From the NCBI GenBank assembly GCA_977017645.1, contig OZ360221.1, forward strand, positions 151,156,001-151,220,000: a DNA stretch of 64,000 nt, in the 5' to 3' direction. Source of the stretch: Torpedo marmorata. Lineage: Eukaryota. Within the stretch, counting starts at the first letter, position 1. Every line of letters begins with the position of its first letter. The position numbers were made by a program, and so were the translations under genes. Of this stretch, positions 22,300 to 34,351 are shown piece by piece. A model generated the notes under the pieces. The model saw only the letters and a program-made list of their open reading frames with translations. It was not told the DNA's origin and searched no databases.

Positions 22300-23932
22300 T
22301 AGGACCACTAAATGGATTCACCAGGGGCCCTGGTCTCCATCCTATGGAACGGGGCGCAGGTGTGTTTGGTGTGACTTTGAATTGGCCATTTCCTGTTGCA
22401 CCAGGGAGATAATCTCTGCCTTGAAGGCAGCATGGGGCCACCTCTGGTGGGGGAGGAGCAGAAGGCTGAGTAGTCTAGGGTAAGGTGGACGGGGCAATGG
22501 GTGCTCTGTCCTGCTTCCACCCACAGTGCTCCAGCCACAGAGCGAACATGGCGGAGGTGGAGATACCATAGATGCGGGCATGATCCACGCCAGCACATGG
22601 CAGGGCAAAGTACATTTCCCTGTGGGTTAATGGGAAAGTGATCTTACTGATCTTAGAGTCAGCGGGGACCCCCTGTGCGGGTGCTCCCCACTCCATATAC
22701 TCTCGCCCTTCCTGAAGGGTGATGGCTTCCCGGACCGTCTTACCGGTCGCCGGTCCCATCAAGAGCAAGACCACCCGCTTTATTTTTTTTAAAATTTTAT
22801 TTAAAAACCACCTCCTTGAGATCAGGGTGGGCGGTGGTTACTAGGTGGCCCGCCAAGGTGGCAGTTACCCTGGCGTTCACGTGCAGGGATGGGACGGGGA
22901 GGTTGCGCCCACGTTGCCCCCGTAGATGCTGTTAATGAGGGCCAATTACCTGATCACCTTCGTGCCCTCACTGACCGTGTGCCACTACGGCCGGCCATTC
23001 AGGTCCTATTCCAGGAGCGTGGGGAACCTGGACCGCACCGCAGCCACCACCCGATCCCACAGGGTGGTGCCCTCATCAATCCCTTCGATTTGTGAGGTGT
23101 TGTTCACTGTCTGCTGCGCTGACAGGCTGCCCAGGGAACTGGCCTCGAGATGGGAGAGGCGGATATGGGGAGCCTTCTCATCTCACGGCTGGAGCAGCCA
23201 TGCGGCCAAGTGCTTGATTGGCTGCTGGCGATATCTATCTCCCAGCCCGGTTAACTCTTGGTGTAGTCCAGGGTCTCTATGACCTTGTAACGGCCACTCG
23301 ACTGTCCACTCGCCCTCTCCCCATAACCAGCTGCCTCCCCTTGGGGAGGACAAGCGGGGTGGGGGATCCTCGTGGCGTGTCAGGGACCGCATGGCCACTG
23401 GCTGGGCTTGCAAGTTCTCGGGTATGCAGGGGGAAGGATGCATGTAATGGGACTCAGCCTCCTCATAGTCATCATCGTCCATCCACACGTCCCCATCCCC
23501 CAAACACATGTCGCCCTCTCCTCCATGCATGATAATGGCCCTTTTCTTAATGGGATCGACCTGCCAGCCAGATCGGCGGGCTGCCTGCAGCTGCCGCACT
23601 TTGACCAATCGGCAGGCAGCCTCAGTATATTTGGCCTCAAGGCTGCTGATGCGCGCCCGGGCTGTGTCCAGTGCCTCCTGCAGTGAGCCACGGGGGTGCT
23701 TCAGGGACTCAAGCTGCTCATTTTTCTGAGCAGCCTGTATTGTTAAATTCTTAGTGATATCCCACTGGCGCCTCAGCAAGGATATCAGCAACCATAGGGC
23801 TCCCCCACGACTCCCCCTGCTTTCGGGAAATCCTGATTCCTCCAAGAGGGAGGCCACATGGTGCCCAAACATTTCCCCGCGGTGTCCAGCTTGTCGGCCC
23901 AGTCGACCAGTATCGCGTGGCCCGCCTGCCAA
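22300..23932 (-). pseudogene. ERV gag, class III/Fv1-like, disrupted
   Basis: Coiled-coil N-terminus, GDGDVW motif and ELTGLGDRYRQQP...AWLL capsid motif typical of ERV-L/S Gag; no CCHC knuckle seen. Confidence 0.8.
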
Positions 23933-23985
23933 GCTGCTAGCTTGCTGAACCCCTGACTATGTTCTGTCCACCCGGGGATCCTAAT

Positions 23986-25466
23986 TTAAGATTTCAGATT
24001 TCAGATTTATTGTCAGAGTACATACATGCCATCACATACAACCCTGAGATTCCTTTTTCCTGCGGGCGCGGCAGAATTACCACTAATTGGTAGTGCAAAA
24101 AATAAACTATACACAGCGAAAACATGTAAACAAATAAAAGAACTGTAAACAGATAAGGAATATAAACAAACTGACTGTGCAATACAGAGAGAACAAAGAA
24201 AATCAATAAAGTGCACAAGTGAGAGTCCTTAAATGAGTCTCTGATTGACTTTGACGTTGAGGATTCTGATGGTGGAGGGGTAGCAGCTGTTCCTGAACCT
24301 GGTGCTGCGAGTCTTGTGGCACCTATACCTCTTTCCTGATGGCAGCAGCGAGAACAGAGCGTGCGCTGGGTGATGTGGGTCTTTGATGATTGCTGCTGCC
24401 CTCCGACGGCAGAGTTCCCTGTAGATGTACTCAGTAGTGGGGAGGGTTTTGCCTGTGATGACCTGGGCTGTGTCCATTACCTTTTGGTGGGCTTTACACT
24501 CAGGGGCATTGGTGTTCCCATACCAGACGGTGATGCAGCCGGTCAGCACCCTTTACCACGCATCTGTAGAAATTTACCAGGGTTTCTCGTGTCATACCAA
24601 AAGTCGGCAAACTCCTGAAGAAGTAAAGGCGCTGACGTGCTTTCTTCACGATGCCATTGGTTTGTTGGGCCCATGAAAGATCCTCCGAGATAGTGACTCC
24701 CAGGAACCTAAATTTGCTCACCCTCTCCACCTCTGATCCCCCAATGATCACTGGATTGTATACCTCTGACTTTCCTTTCCTGAAGTCTACAATCAGCTTC
24801 TTAGACATTGAGTGCAAGTTGTTGTTGGTGCACCATTCAGCCAAGTTTTTAATCTCCATCCTGTATGCTGACTCATCCCCTTCCTTTATACAACCCACTA
24901 CCATGGTATCGTCGGCAAATTTGTAGATGGTGTTATTGTCGTACCGAGCTACACAGTCATAGGTGTAAAGTGAGTAGAGCAGGGGACTACGAACACAGCC
25001 CTGTGGTGCTCCGGTACTGATGGAGATTGTGGAGGAGACGTTCTTACCAATCTTCACTGATTGTGGTCTGGAGGTGAGGAAATCCATGTTCCAATTACGT
25101 AGTGGGGTGTGAACTCCCAGGTCTTGGAGTTTGCTGATCAGTTTTGAGGGGATGATGGTGTTAAATGCTGAACTGTTGTCGATAAAGAGCATCCTGATGT
25201 ATGCATCTTTGCTGTCCAGGTGTTCCAGGGCTTTGTGTAGAGCAGTGAGATGGCATCCGCCATAAACCTGCTTCTACGATAGGCGATCTGGAATGGATCC
25301 ATGTCACCGCTCAGACAGGAGCTGATATGCTTCATCACCAGCCTTTCAAAACACTTCATCACTGTTGATGTAAGTGTTACTGGTCGATAGTCGTTAAGGC
25401 AGGTTACTACACTCTTCTTGGGCACCGGTATGATTGACGCCTGTTTGAAACAGGTGGGTACCTGCA
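23986..25466 (-). mobile_element. Rex1/Babar-type LINE, 5'-truncated, in the ERV leader
   Basis: [15 protein letters not shown]...[20 protein letters not shown]; tail (AAATCTG)n at about 23990-24008; same family as 43960-45182. Confidence 0.92.
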
Positions 25467-25495
25467 ACTCGTGGGTCGCCTCCTGCCGCTCCCGT

Positions 25496-25625
25496 NNNNN
25501 NNNNNNNNNNNNNNNNNNNNNNNNNNNNNNNNNNNNNNNNNNNNNNNNNNNNNNNNNNNNNNNNNNNNNNNNNNNNNNNNNNNNNNNNNNNNNNNNNNNN
25601 NNNNNNNNNNNNNNNNNNNNNNNNN
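25496..25625. other. Assembly gap (N run)
   Basis: 130 N. Confidence 1.
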
Positions 25626-25662
25626 TTAGTTATTGTGCCTGTGTCTGGCCGAGACTCCTTGA

Positions 25663-25680
25663 ACCCTGCTCGCAGAGCCA
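25663..25680 (-). promoter_or_regulatory. ERV primer-binding site, tRNA-Ser(UGA)-like
   Basis: TGGCTCTGCGAGCAGGGT, 2 nt after the 5' LTR; 16/18 match to the complement of the vertebrate tRNA-Ser(UGA) 3' end as I recall it (TGGCGCAGCGAGCAGGGT). Confidence 0.8.
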
Positions 25681-27104
25681 ATTGTTACGAGAGATTTAAA
25701 TCAGGCTTGATGGGTTCACAGAGAAGTGAGTCCAGACGCAGGCTAACAAACAAAGGATGATCTTTATTTTACACACGGGAAAATAGTAACGGGGAAGACA
25801 CAAAATAACACTTGATTCTAAAACAATATAGGCATTCACATCAGATACAGCGATCTCCGATATCAGTGGCCACCTACTCTCTCTCTCTTTATTACACACG
25901 TGCAGTAATATTCAATAACTAGCACACTCTTACAAGACAGGGACTTCAACACACACTCCCAATTCCCTGTACCAATGGAGTGTGGCTCAATGCTAAGTAT
26001 TCCCACACAATACTACGGTCCTGCTCTATGTGTAGTGCACACCTTAACGAAGACTCCTCCAGTGATGTCTACAGTTCGCGACCTGGCGTAGAGTCGCGTT
26101 CGTAGTTAGGACGAAGGAGCAAAGAAAGACTGATCGGCTGCATGTGGTAGGCTTTTAAAGTGCAGTAAGCTGGGGAGTCTGGCCCAGGTAATCAGTAAGT
26201 GATTTAAAGGGGCCAATGGTCAGGTGTGCACTAATGGGTAGCCAGAGTCCAACCAAGATTGGCAGGTGATGCGACTTCCGACTAGTTTTCAGACGGAGGT
26301 GTCATGTGACCCTACACAATCCACATTCCCACCAAGTTCCAGACGGAGAGGCCACATGACCCTCCACAATCTACACTACAGCAAGCAAGAACATTTTCCT
26401 GCAGATTGCTTCTAAAAACATTGCCTGTTAATATTTATGGGCTGTACCAGTATTAAGCTTGAACCAAATCATTTTCCTTCAATTTATGATGCATTTTGTC
26501 CTCAAACTTTTAGGCTTGCAATACTTCACTCTTAAGTGCACATTTTTATTTTGTACAGAAGGAGACAGTTTTGATATTAACCGAGCAAGTGTTTAATTGC
26601 ATTATTTCAAGGAGAATAAGTAAGTAAACAGAATAAGTAAGTAAAAGTAAGTAAGTATCCAGTGGTGGATATTGAGCTATCCAGCCAATCAAGGATGAAC
26701 AGAAATCACTGGAACCAGAGACTCAACCTAAGAATGCTGAATTATTATTTAACAATTTATAAATTTTCAAATTTTGTCAATACTTATGTCTTAACACTTT
26801 AAGCCATTGTTAAAGAATTAAAGCTTCAAAAAAGTTATGAAATTATTTTTATAAAACTTCTTATCACAATGTTCTTCTGAAAGTTTTGGAGCAGTCCCAG
26901 GAACATATCAATTTAGTTTCCTTCCTGCATCAGCTGTTATGCAATATAAGTTATAGAAAGAGAGTATTGCTGTCTCCAAATAGCTCCCTTCTCGAATCTC
27001 TTCACTTTACTGGTGATGCGGGCACTAAAGTCATGTCTACGAGCTAACATGAATATTGCAGCATTTAGCAGTGTGTTTTCTGGGGACACACTCCCTGGAT
27101 AATA

Positions 27105-27440
27105 TAGTGGCGCAGCAAGTAATTACTGATGCTGTATCACAGCCCCAGAGATTCGGATTCAATCCTGATTTCCGGTGCCATTTGTTTTGTGTTTACAAGC
27201 TCTCCCTGTGACTGTGTGGGTTTCTCAACACATCCCCAAACCAGCTGGTTAGTAAGTTAATTGGCCATTGTAAATTGCCTCTCGCTTGAGGTGAATGATA
27301 GAAACCAGGGAAGATATTGGAGACATGGGGAAAATAAAAACAGTATTAATGAAGTATTAGTATGAATGGATGCTTGATAGTTGGTATGGACTTGATGGAC
27401 CGAAGAACCTATTTCCATGCTGTAAGACTATGACTATTTG
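27105..27440 (+). mobile_element. tRNA-derived SINE with CR1-derived 3' tail (HE1-like)
   Basis: A-box TGGCGCAGCAAG, B-box GGATTCAATCC, core TGTGTGGGTTTCTC, tail GATGGACCGAAG...CATGCTGTAAGACTATGACTAT. Confidence 0.75.
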
Positions 27441-27734
27441 ACTCGATGACAAATAAGAATGAACACTAAATGTTGGCCTTGCACAATATACCCAGATCCT
27501 AAAGATGAATTAAGCAAAATTGGTTTGTTCTGATGTATCAGCACTGCCATTATGCTGATTATGCCAATCATGCATAAAATTGATATTGGCTATACATTTC
27601 ACAACACCCTCATGGTGGCCAGGTAATTCACTTAAAATGGCTTATCTGGTCAGGTATCATAAATAAAATTCAGAGATGAATTTTCTTGTAAGATATTGTG
27701 CCCATTATTGGCATAAATCAGTTGTTCTGACATA

Positions 27735-27830
27735 TCCTGATGAAGGTTCTTGACCTGATACATAAACCATCTCTTTGCCTCCACAGATGCGGCTTGATCC
27801 GATAAGTTCCTCCAGTAGTTTATGGCTTAC
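27735..27830 (+). repeat. Penelope-type terminal-repeat relic (related copies at about 30000-30090 and 32015-32122, minus)
   Basis: CTGATGAAGG...CCT-GATAC followed by CTCCACAGATGC...GAGTTCCTCCAG-like block; three degenerate copies in the window. Confidence 0.55.
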
Positions 27831-28514
27831 TTCAGGATCTAGCATATGCAGTCTCTTGTGTGTGTCTCTCTCCTAACAGGTTGTTACCTGATGACAAGAA
27901 CATGCTAAAACAGAGTTCCCAATCAGTGAGCTTAAAGCTTCTGCAATGGCACTTCCAGTGAGACAACAATGTGGATAAGAAGGACAATCCCATTGTGCAA
28001 TGCATGTCTATGATTGGACTTTTAGTTCCATAAGTTTTCCAATAACTCCAAGCAAAAGGAATTACTGAACCAAGGAGCTGTTGAGACACTGCCAAGTTGC
28101 ATTCAGTTGCAGACTGGGATGTCTGGAACCATGAAATTTCCACAGCAGTTTATAATTTATCCAATCAAAATTGGTCCTGAGGAAATTTGGATGTGATTTA
28201 GACTGCATGTCAAATATTCAAACATCTATCTGGCCAGGTGTGGCATGACTCCTGTGGACTGCTGCCATCAAATGTTATAAGGTATAGAATTTGCTGTTGA
28301 TATGAGTATATGCAATAAATAAAGTGACATTCATTTGTCTATTATTTTAATGCAGGAATTAACCTGCTCACTTTAAATAGATTAACACTTCCCCATAAAT
28401 AGAACATCACAAAATATTACAAAAACAAGATCAATGTTTCACCACTAACATAATCAGAATTAATTTCTACGCTACTTTGATTTAGGTAAAATTACACACG
28501 AAATTGTCTCAGTG

Positions 28515-28757
28515 AGTGACGGGCAACTTTTTCACACAAAAGGTAGTAGATATGTAGAACAAGCTGCCAGAGGAAGAGGCTGAGGCAGCTACATTTGCAC
28601 TGTTCTAAAGATATTTAGACAGGTACATGGAAAGAAAGGATTCAGAGAGATTGAGGCCAAACACAGGCAAATGGGACGAAGGCAGATAACTTTTTCAGCA
28701 TGGACCAGTTGGGCTGAAGGGCCTGTTTCCATGCTGTTAAACTCTGTAATTCTATGA
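28515..28757 (+). mobile_element. CR1 3'-end fragment
   Basis: FFTQKVV..NKLPEE remnant plus GGGCTGAAGGGCCTGTTTCCATGCTG 3' UTR. Confidence 0.75.
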
Positions 28758-31511
28758 CAACGTGCTGTTAGAATCTATCAATGACTGCAGGCTTCTCACC
28801 ATTAAATGTAGGAATGAAGTGTTTGTCCCACGAAATCTAGAGGTCAAACTGAAGGAACTGAAGTTGTGGTACCTTACAAACTCAGGGCTGAAATGAAATA
28901 CTGTCTAATCTATCCACTGCCTCATGAAAAATGAGTCATTGGGAATAAAAAAAAATTATACAAATGAGAAAAGATAAATTTCATTATCTTTGCAATACAA
29001 TGAGCTGAATGATTGTTTTTTTCTGGAAAGCATTTACTATGAATTCCACTGAATGGAATTTCAAATTCAAAACATGCATATTTATTAAGGATGTCAAGTA
29101 CTGAGCATTTATCAGTTTTACTTCTGCTAGGAATTTTGACAAGAAATAGTAAGCAAAGGTACGTAGTTTCTTTAACAAGAGTGTGAGATTTTTTATATTT
29201 AATGTGATATAATATAGTTACGTAGAAAAAAATTGCAAAATTGTTTAGCTACTATTTTAATAAGGCTTTTGTGCAACAGGCTGATGTTGCTAAGTAATAG
29301 AAAATGCAAAAGTAGCTTTAATTGACTCACAGCAGCAAATGTAATGGAGAAAGGGGGAGGGGTGTCATCATTTTTCCCTTATTGGTTGAATCAGCCATGG
29401 CAGATCTATGCAAGTTGGCAGCTGTTCACCTCTCCCAGGTATTACTGTAGAGGTTTGCCAACATTGTTTCCCAACTATAAAGGTCAGGTTCCAGATGGGG
29501 CTTGTGATGAGCAGGTGTTGTTGTGTTTGAGGTGGTCACTAACCCTGTTGTATGACCAAAATCCCAGCAGCACCTCAGGTTCGATGACCTAAACTGCTTC
29601 CTGCAATGACAGACATTGCACAAAATGGTATTAAGTAAGCGAACAAATGAATTAGGAGCAAGAGTAGAGATGTTATTTAACTAGACGATTTAATTGTAAC
29701 CTCAACTCTGCATTCCTGTGTATCCATGGTAACCATTCACCTCCTTGCTTATCCAGAGTAAATATACCGTTATGTTCAAAAAAATTCAAAATCTCTGCTG
29801 AGGAAGGGAGATTCACAACCTGCAGAAAAATAAAATTCACTTAATCTCTGTTTAAAATGTCCCACCATTTATTTTTAAATAGTGACCTCTGTTTTTTTAT
29901 TCAAAAACATCTTCTCCACATCCCTCCTGTGTGGGACTATTGGATTTCACCTGTTTAAATTGCATGTGGATATCACACTGAGGCAAAGATCAGCTAGATA
30001 AAGAATTGCTGGAGGAACTCAATGTGACTGACAGCATCCATGGGTAGCAATGGTCAGTCAATGTTTTGGATCTGGACTCTTTATCAAGCCTTAAGGGTGA
30101 AGGGTGTGAAAGGTCAGGCTAAATCATTGTACCACTCATATCCCAAAATCTTGTTACATGTCAGACCTCTCAAGATGGTAAGTATTTGGTTTATACCATA
30201 AAGTCCTTAATGCTTTTTGAAATCAACCTGATGACTCATTTAAGAATGGATGAAAAAAATTATTGTCAGTGCACATCTAAATGCAGGACTATTTATTAAA
30301 TGTTAAGTAACACCATTCTAGTACCTTCATTATGTGTTATAAATACCAGGCTATAGAATTTTCTCCCTTTCCATCTTAGAGGAAAAGAAAAATTACAGCA
30401 GTCTATGCCAGTTATCCATTCCTGAAATCTGACCAATTTTTGAATCCTCTGTTGTTCTCAAGTTTGTGCTATTACCATTAGATGTGAATTCAAAAGGAAA
30501 TGCTCCTCAGCATTGAGAAAAAGCTACGCGGTTCTTTCAAAAAACCAAATTGTCACACTTCAATCTCAGAAAGCAAATGATTCTCACTCTTCTAAGGCAG
30601 GAAATTGGACCACTTCATCTCTGCCCATCCTCAAAAACCATTGTACTTGATAGTTACAGCTTCATCTGGGAATCCCTCAAGTTCACATACACGGGGCTGT
30701 CTCTTAAAAGTAAAATCTAGGGGAGTGAAACAACATTCTTCAGCCAATCATGTCTGTACTAGTTCTTCAAAAGAGCTCTAAAATTGCAAATGGTGCTTGT
30801 GACAGAGCTGCATCTGTAGAATTATACAGTGACAAATCTCTATCCATCGATACTGTACTCTGTGGTTATACAATACAGGCCCATAGCCAGAAATACTGTA
30901 TGTGCCACGGTGACAGAGATGTGCAGTTCTCAAAGTATATGTTAATTCATTCAAGGGTCACATTGGCTACAAGACCTGGACCCAGACTCAGCTCCAGAAG
31001 AATGCACTGGCCCAACGAGGTCACTGGTCAGTGCTGGGCTCAACCTGGGTCCATTATCAGTTGAGCCCAAAGCACAACTTCAGTTGAGTCTCAAGGAGTG
31101 AAGTTAAGTGGACCTTGAGAACATGGCTTGCATTGAGTGGACTATGAGGACTTAGCCTTGACATTGACTGGGCTCAAGAGATGGGACAGACAGCAGGGAA
31201 AGTTAGGTTCTTATATTGAGTCTTACTGGTACAGGAAATCCTGTAACATAAGGAACTGTTTGCAATCATACCACTGATGCAGTTGAAATTACAAACTGAG
31301 ATGGCACATCCTTTTGATTTTCTGAAACTCAGATGTCAAGCTTAAATTTTTATGAGTTTATGGGTATTTATTGGGGAGATTTTGCCTCTCATCAAACCCT
31401 CTGGTCACATTGAAAAGAATTGGAGCAGCAAAACAGGGCGAAATATTATGGAAATTTCAATATACTGTATTTATATCAGGATGGAGATGGTTTGTGCTTA
31501 ATGGTAGAATT

Positions 31512-31981
31512 TCTTTTTTTTTTTATTCCCACTCCCTCAACCCCTCTCCCCCTAAAGCCCCAAGAAAGAAGGAAGAAAGAATGAAATAGATACAAGATGT
31601 AAGAAGAAAGACCGGAGATTGTCGAGAGAGTCCTTTTCCAGAAATCATATTTATCATGAAATAAAGGAGTTCACCAAGGATTGAGGTTACCAGAGAAATG
31701 ATTAAACATTCATTCCAACACTCTGCAAATATGGGCGCCATATTTTCCAAAATATATGGTATCTATTCCTTAAGCTAAATGTAATTTTCTCGTGGTATAC
31801 AACTATGAATTTCCGCATTCCATCTCTCCATTCCTAAGTCTGCATCTGATTTCCAAGTTATAGCAATACATTTCCGAGATACTGCTAAGGCAATTTTTAC
31901 AAACTTTATTTGGTACATCTTTAATTTTAATTTAGGTGTAATGTCTTTAATATTGCCTAACAGAAATAGAATTGAAAGCAA
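31512..31981 (-). mobile_element. L1 3' fragment
   Basis: ORF 31775-31981 KIALAVSRKCIAITWKSD...CIP; T-run (poly-A tail) at about 31514-31523. Confidence 0.85.
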
Positions 31982-32543
31982 CCTGTTTCTCCATGAAAAA
32001 AAAACACTTGATTTTTGAAATCTGAAACAAAATCAGAGAATTCTGAAAAACTCAGCAGATCAGGCAGCACCTGTGGAACGAGGAACAGTCAACATTCCCG
32101 GTTTACAACACTTCATCAGAAACCCTTGGCAGAATTTGTTTTAATTCTTCCCTTCACAATCAATATTTAATCACTCTGGAGGTGAGTGTGAATGAAAACA
32201 CAGAACTAATGCCGAGAAGGTCACAATGTTTGCCGCTGTAAATCATTTAATTCCATATTGCACATGGGAGCAAATTTAGCAATGTGTGTGAAAATTACAG
32301 GACTCATTGTGTATTGATTAATTTTGAGAAGGACCTTCAATCCTGTCTGATAATCCTGAAATGGTTTTCAAAATACACTGGTGTCTAACAAAGCTGTATT
32401 AAAAGCTTGTACAAATGTTGATGCTAAGTTTAAGTTTATTTGTCACATTATACCTAGAACAGTGAGAAGAATTGTTCTGTGCCAGTCTAACAGGTTAGAC
32501 TGAGGACTGAGGCCCTTCAGGAGCCATGATTGCCATCGGTACC

Positions 32544-34351
32544 TGATGCGCCTGTAGCCGACTGCTTCGAAGAAACACACACATGCAGTGTGGAAGGTTA
32601 AGCTCTCTGCTTTATTGAGGCTGGAAATGCTTCTTTTATACAGTTGGAGTTCCCGCCGTTTGGTTGATTGGTTGACATCAGCCGCAAGAATAACAATAAC
32701 GGGGGAACGTTCTTGCATATGAATACCCTTCTTCCCCAGCCTGGTATTGATCTGTTAGCTGGGCAGCTTGGCCAGCACCATTTTAGGGCTGCTGGTCTTG
32801 TACTGCTCCAGCTTTCAACCGCGCCGGTTTGCTATGCTAAGGGTTAGTTACAGTGTGTTATGCCGCTGTTTATTACCGCGCGTGCCGGCTCGATATCCGC
32901 GGTGGCGGGCCGCCACATGACCCCCACCCCAGAACCAGCGCTACAGTTCATAGTGTCCGTGGATGCAGTCCCAAATGTCTTTGGTGGTCTGCCTCTGCGC
33001 CGAGGTGCTGGCATCTCCACGGGTTGTGTCGGGTCCGTGTGTGCCGGGTTGAGCCTGTCTGCGGTGAAGACCTCTGGTTTGCCACCGATGTCCAGTTCGA
33101 AGGTGGCCCATTGTTCCGGACGACTCGGAAGGGGCCTTCGTAGGGCTTCTGTAGCGGTGGACGGTGTGGCCCTCTGCGTGCGAACACGTACTCACAGTCT
33201 TGGAGTTCTTTAGGGATGTTGAACTTGCCTTGCCCGTGTCTGGAGGGTAGGATCGGAGCCAGGTTACCGACCTTTTCCCGCAGCCTGTCCAGGAAGGTGG
33301 TTGTATCCTCCTGTTGACCTCCGGCCGGTGGGACGAAATTCCCGGGGACCATGAGTGGAGCTCCGTAGACGAGCTTGGCGGAGGATGTGTGGAGGTCTTC
33401 CTTCGGGGCTGTATGAATCCCCAGCAGTGCCCATGTCAGTTTGTCAACCCAGTTGGGGCCCTTGAGTCTGGTCATAAGGGCGGCCTTGAGGTGCCTGTGG
33501 AAGTGCTCAACCAGTCCGTTAGACTGCAGGTGGTATGATGTTGTGTGGTGTAGCTGAGCGCCCCACAGGTTGGCAACGTCGGTCCACAGGCTGGAGGTAA
33601 ATTGTGCACCTCTGTCGGAGGTTATGTGGCGTGGTAGCCTGAACCTTGCTACCCAGGACGAGACGAGTGCCTTGGCGCAGGACCTGGTGGATGTGTCGGC
33701 CAGGGGGATTGCTTCTGGCCACCGGGTGAAACGGTCGACCACCGTGAACAGGTAGCGGAAACCCTGTGAGAGTGGTAAGGGCCCCACTATGTCCACGTGA
33801 ATGTGGTCAAACCTTCACTCCGTTAGTTCGAAAGGCTGCGGGGGGACCTTGGAGTGCCGCTGTACCTTGGCTGTTTGGCACTGTGTGCATGTCTTGGCCC
33901 ACCCGCTGACTTGTTTCCACAATCCATGCCACGTGTACTTGCTGGCCACCAACCGGACCGTGGACCTGATTGATGGACGTGCCAGCCCGTGGATGGAGTA
34001 GAAAACTCGTCGCCTCCACGCCGTTTTAGGGCTGCTGATCTTGTACTGCTCCAGCTTTCAACCGCGCCGGTTCGCTATGCTAAGGGTCACGTTTACTACC
34101 GCGTGCTGCCACACGCCATCAATTACTTCAAAAGACTAGAAGTTATATAGAAATTGATAGGCTTTTATTAACAACAGAATGGAGGCGTCCATGATGGTCG
34201 CCTGTCCTGGACTGAGGAGGGAGCTGTGGCACAGTCGCCTTTATTCAGGGGTCTGTGGGAGGAGCCACAGGCACAGTCAGCAAGGGGCGTGTCCAGACGA
34301 ACTATAACAAGTACTAACACAGCCACAACATATATACAGTGGTTTACCACA
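32544..34351 (-). mobile_element. Solo LTR of the TGTGGTAAACCAC group, split by the 32553-34113 insertion
   Basis: TGATGCGCC (32544-32552) plus 34118-34351 ending GTGGTTTACCACA; TSD GTACC (32539-32543 and 34352-34356); clearly similar to the element A LTR. Confidence 0.9.
32553..34113 (-). mobile_element. Internally deleted CsRn1-like Gypsy (integrase, 3' LTR and 5' LTR stub)
   Basis: 4-bp TSD CGCC; 3' LTR 32553-32917; PPT GGGGTGGGGGTCA; integrase ORF 32948-33796 (DIVGPLP, DRFTRWPEA, TSDRGAQF, PYEGPF); LTR stub about 34024-34113. Confidence 0.9.

Larger units (their letters stand above)
14030..22300 (-). pseudogene. ERV pro-pol (protease, RT, RNase H, integrase), disrupted and split by Gypsy B and an L1 fragment
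   Basis: ALVDTGA at about 22210; SPYNIPILPARKKNGTWRMTIDYRKLN; GYIHSPTFCHGLI; HYIDD at about 16840; TDSWAVVNG RNase H; WAHRKCGH...CPTC integrase zinc finger; IEGMNALLK. Confidence 0.92.
12350..26380 (-). mobile_element. Class III (ERV-S/ERV-L-like) endogenous retrovirus provirus with nested insertions
   Basis: LTRs 12350-13039 and 25683-26380 (TGTAG...TAACA in element sense), 5-bp TSD GCAAG, PPT GAGGGGTGGAA, PBS, and a gag-pro-pol with class III motifs. Confidence 0.93.

Noticed and set aside
26618-26657. GTAA-rich short repeats
   Set aside because: Simple low-complexity repeat; no repeat-spacer structure, so not CRISPR-like
27870-27960. Good splice-acceptor-like site (CTCTCTCCTAACAG) with a short open frame
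   Set aside because: No recognisable protein and no partner exons; cannot be supported without RNA-seq
29426-29623. Possible minus-strand exon (CAG...GTGA flanks) in unique sequence
   Set aside because: Translation is not recognisable; such signals are expected by chance
31031-31075. 10-bp inverted repeat TGGGCTCAAC/GTTGAGCCCA
   Set aside because: Single short stem with no TSD or TIR context; too short for a pre-miRNA call
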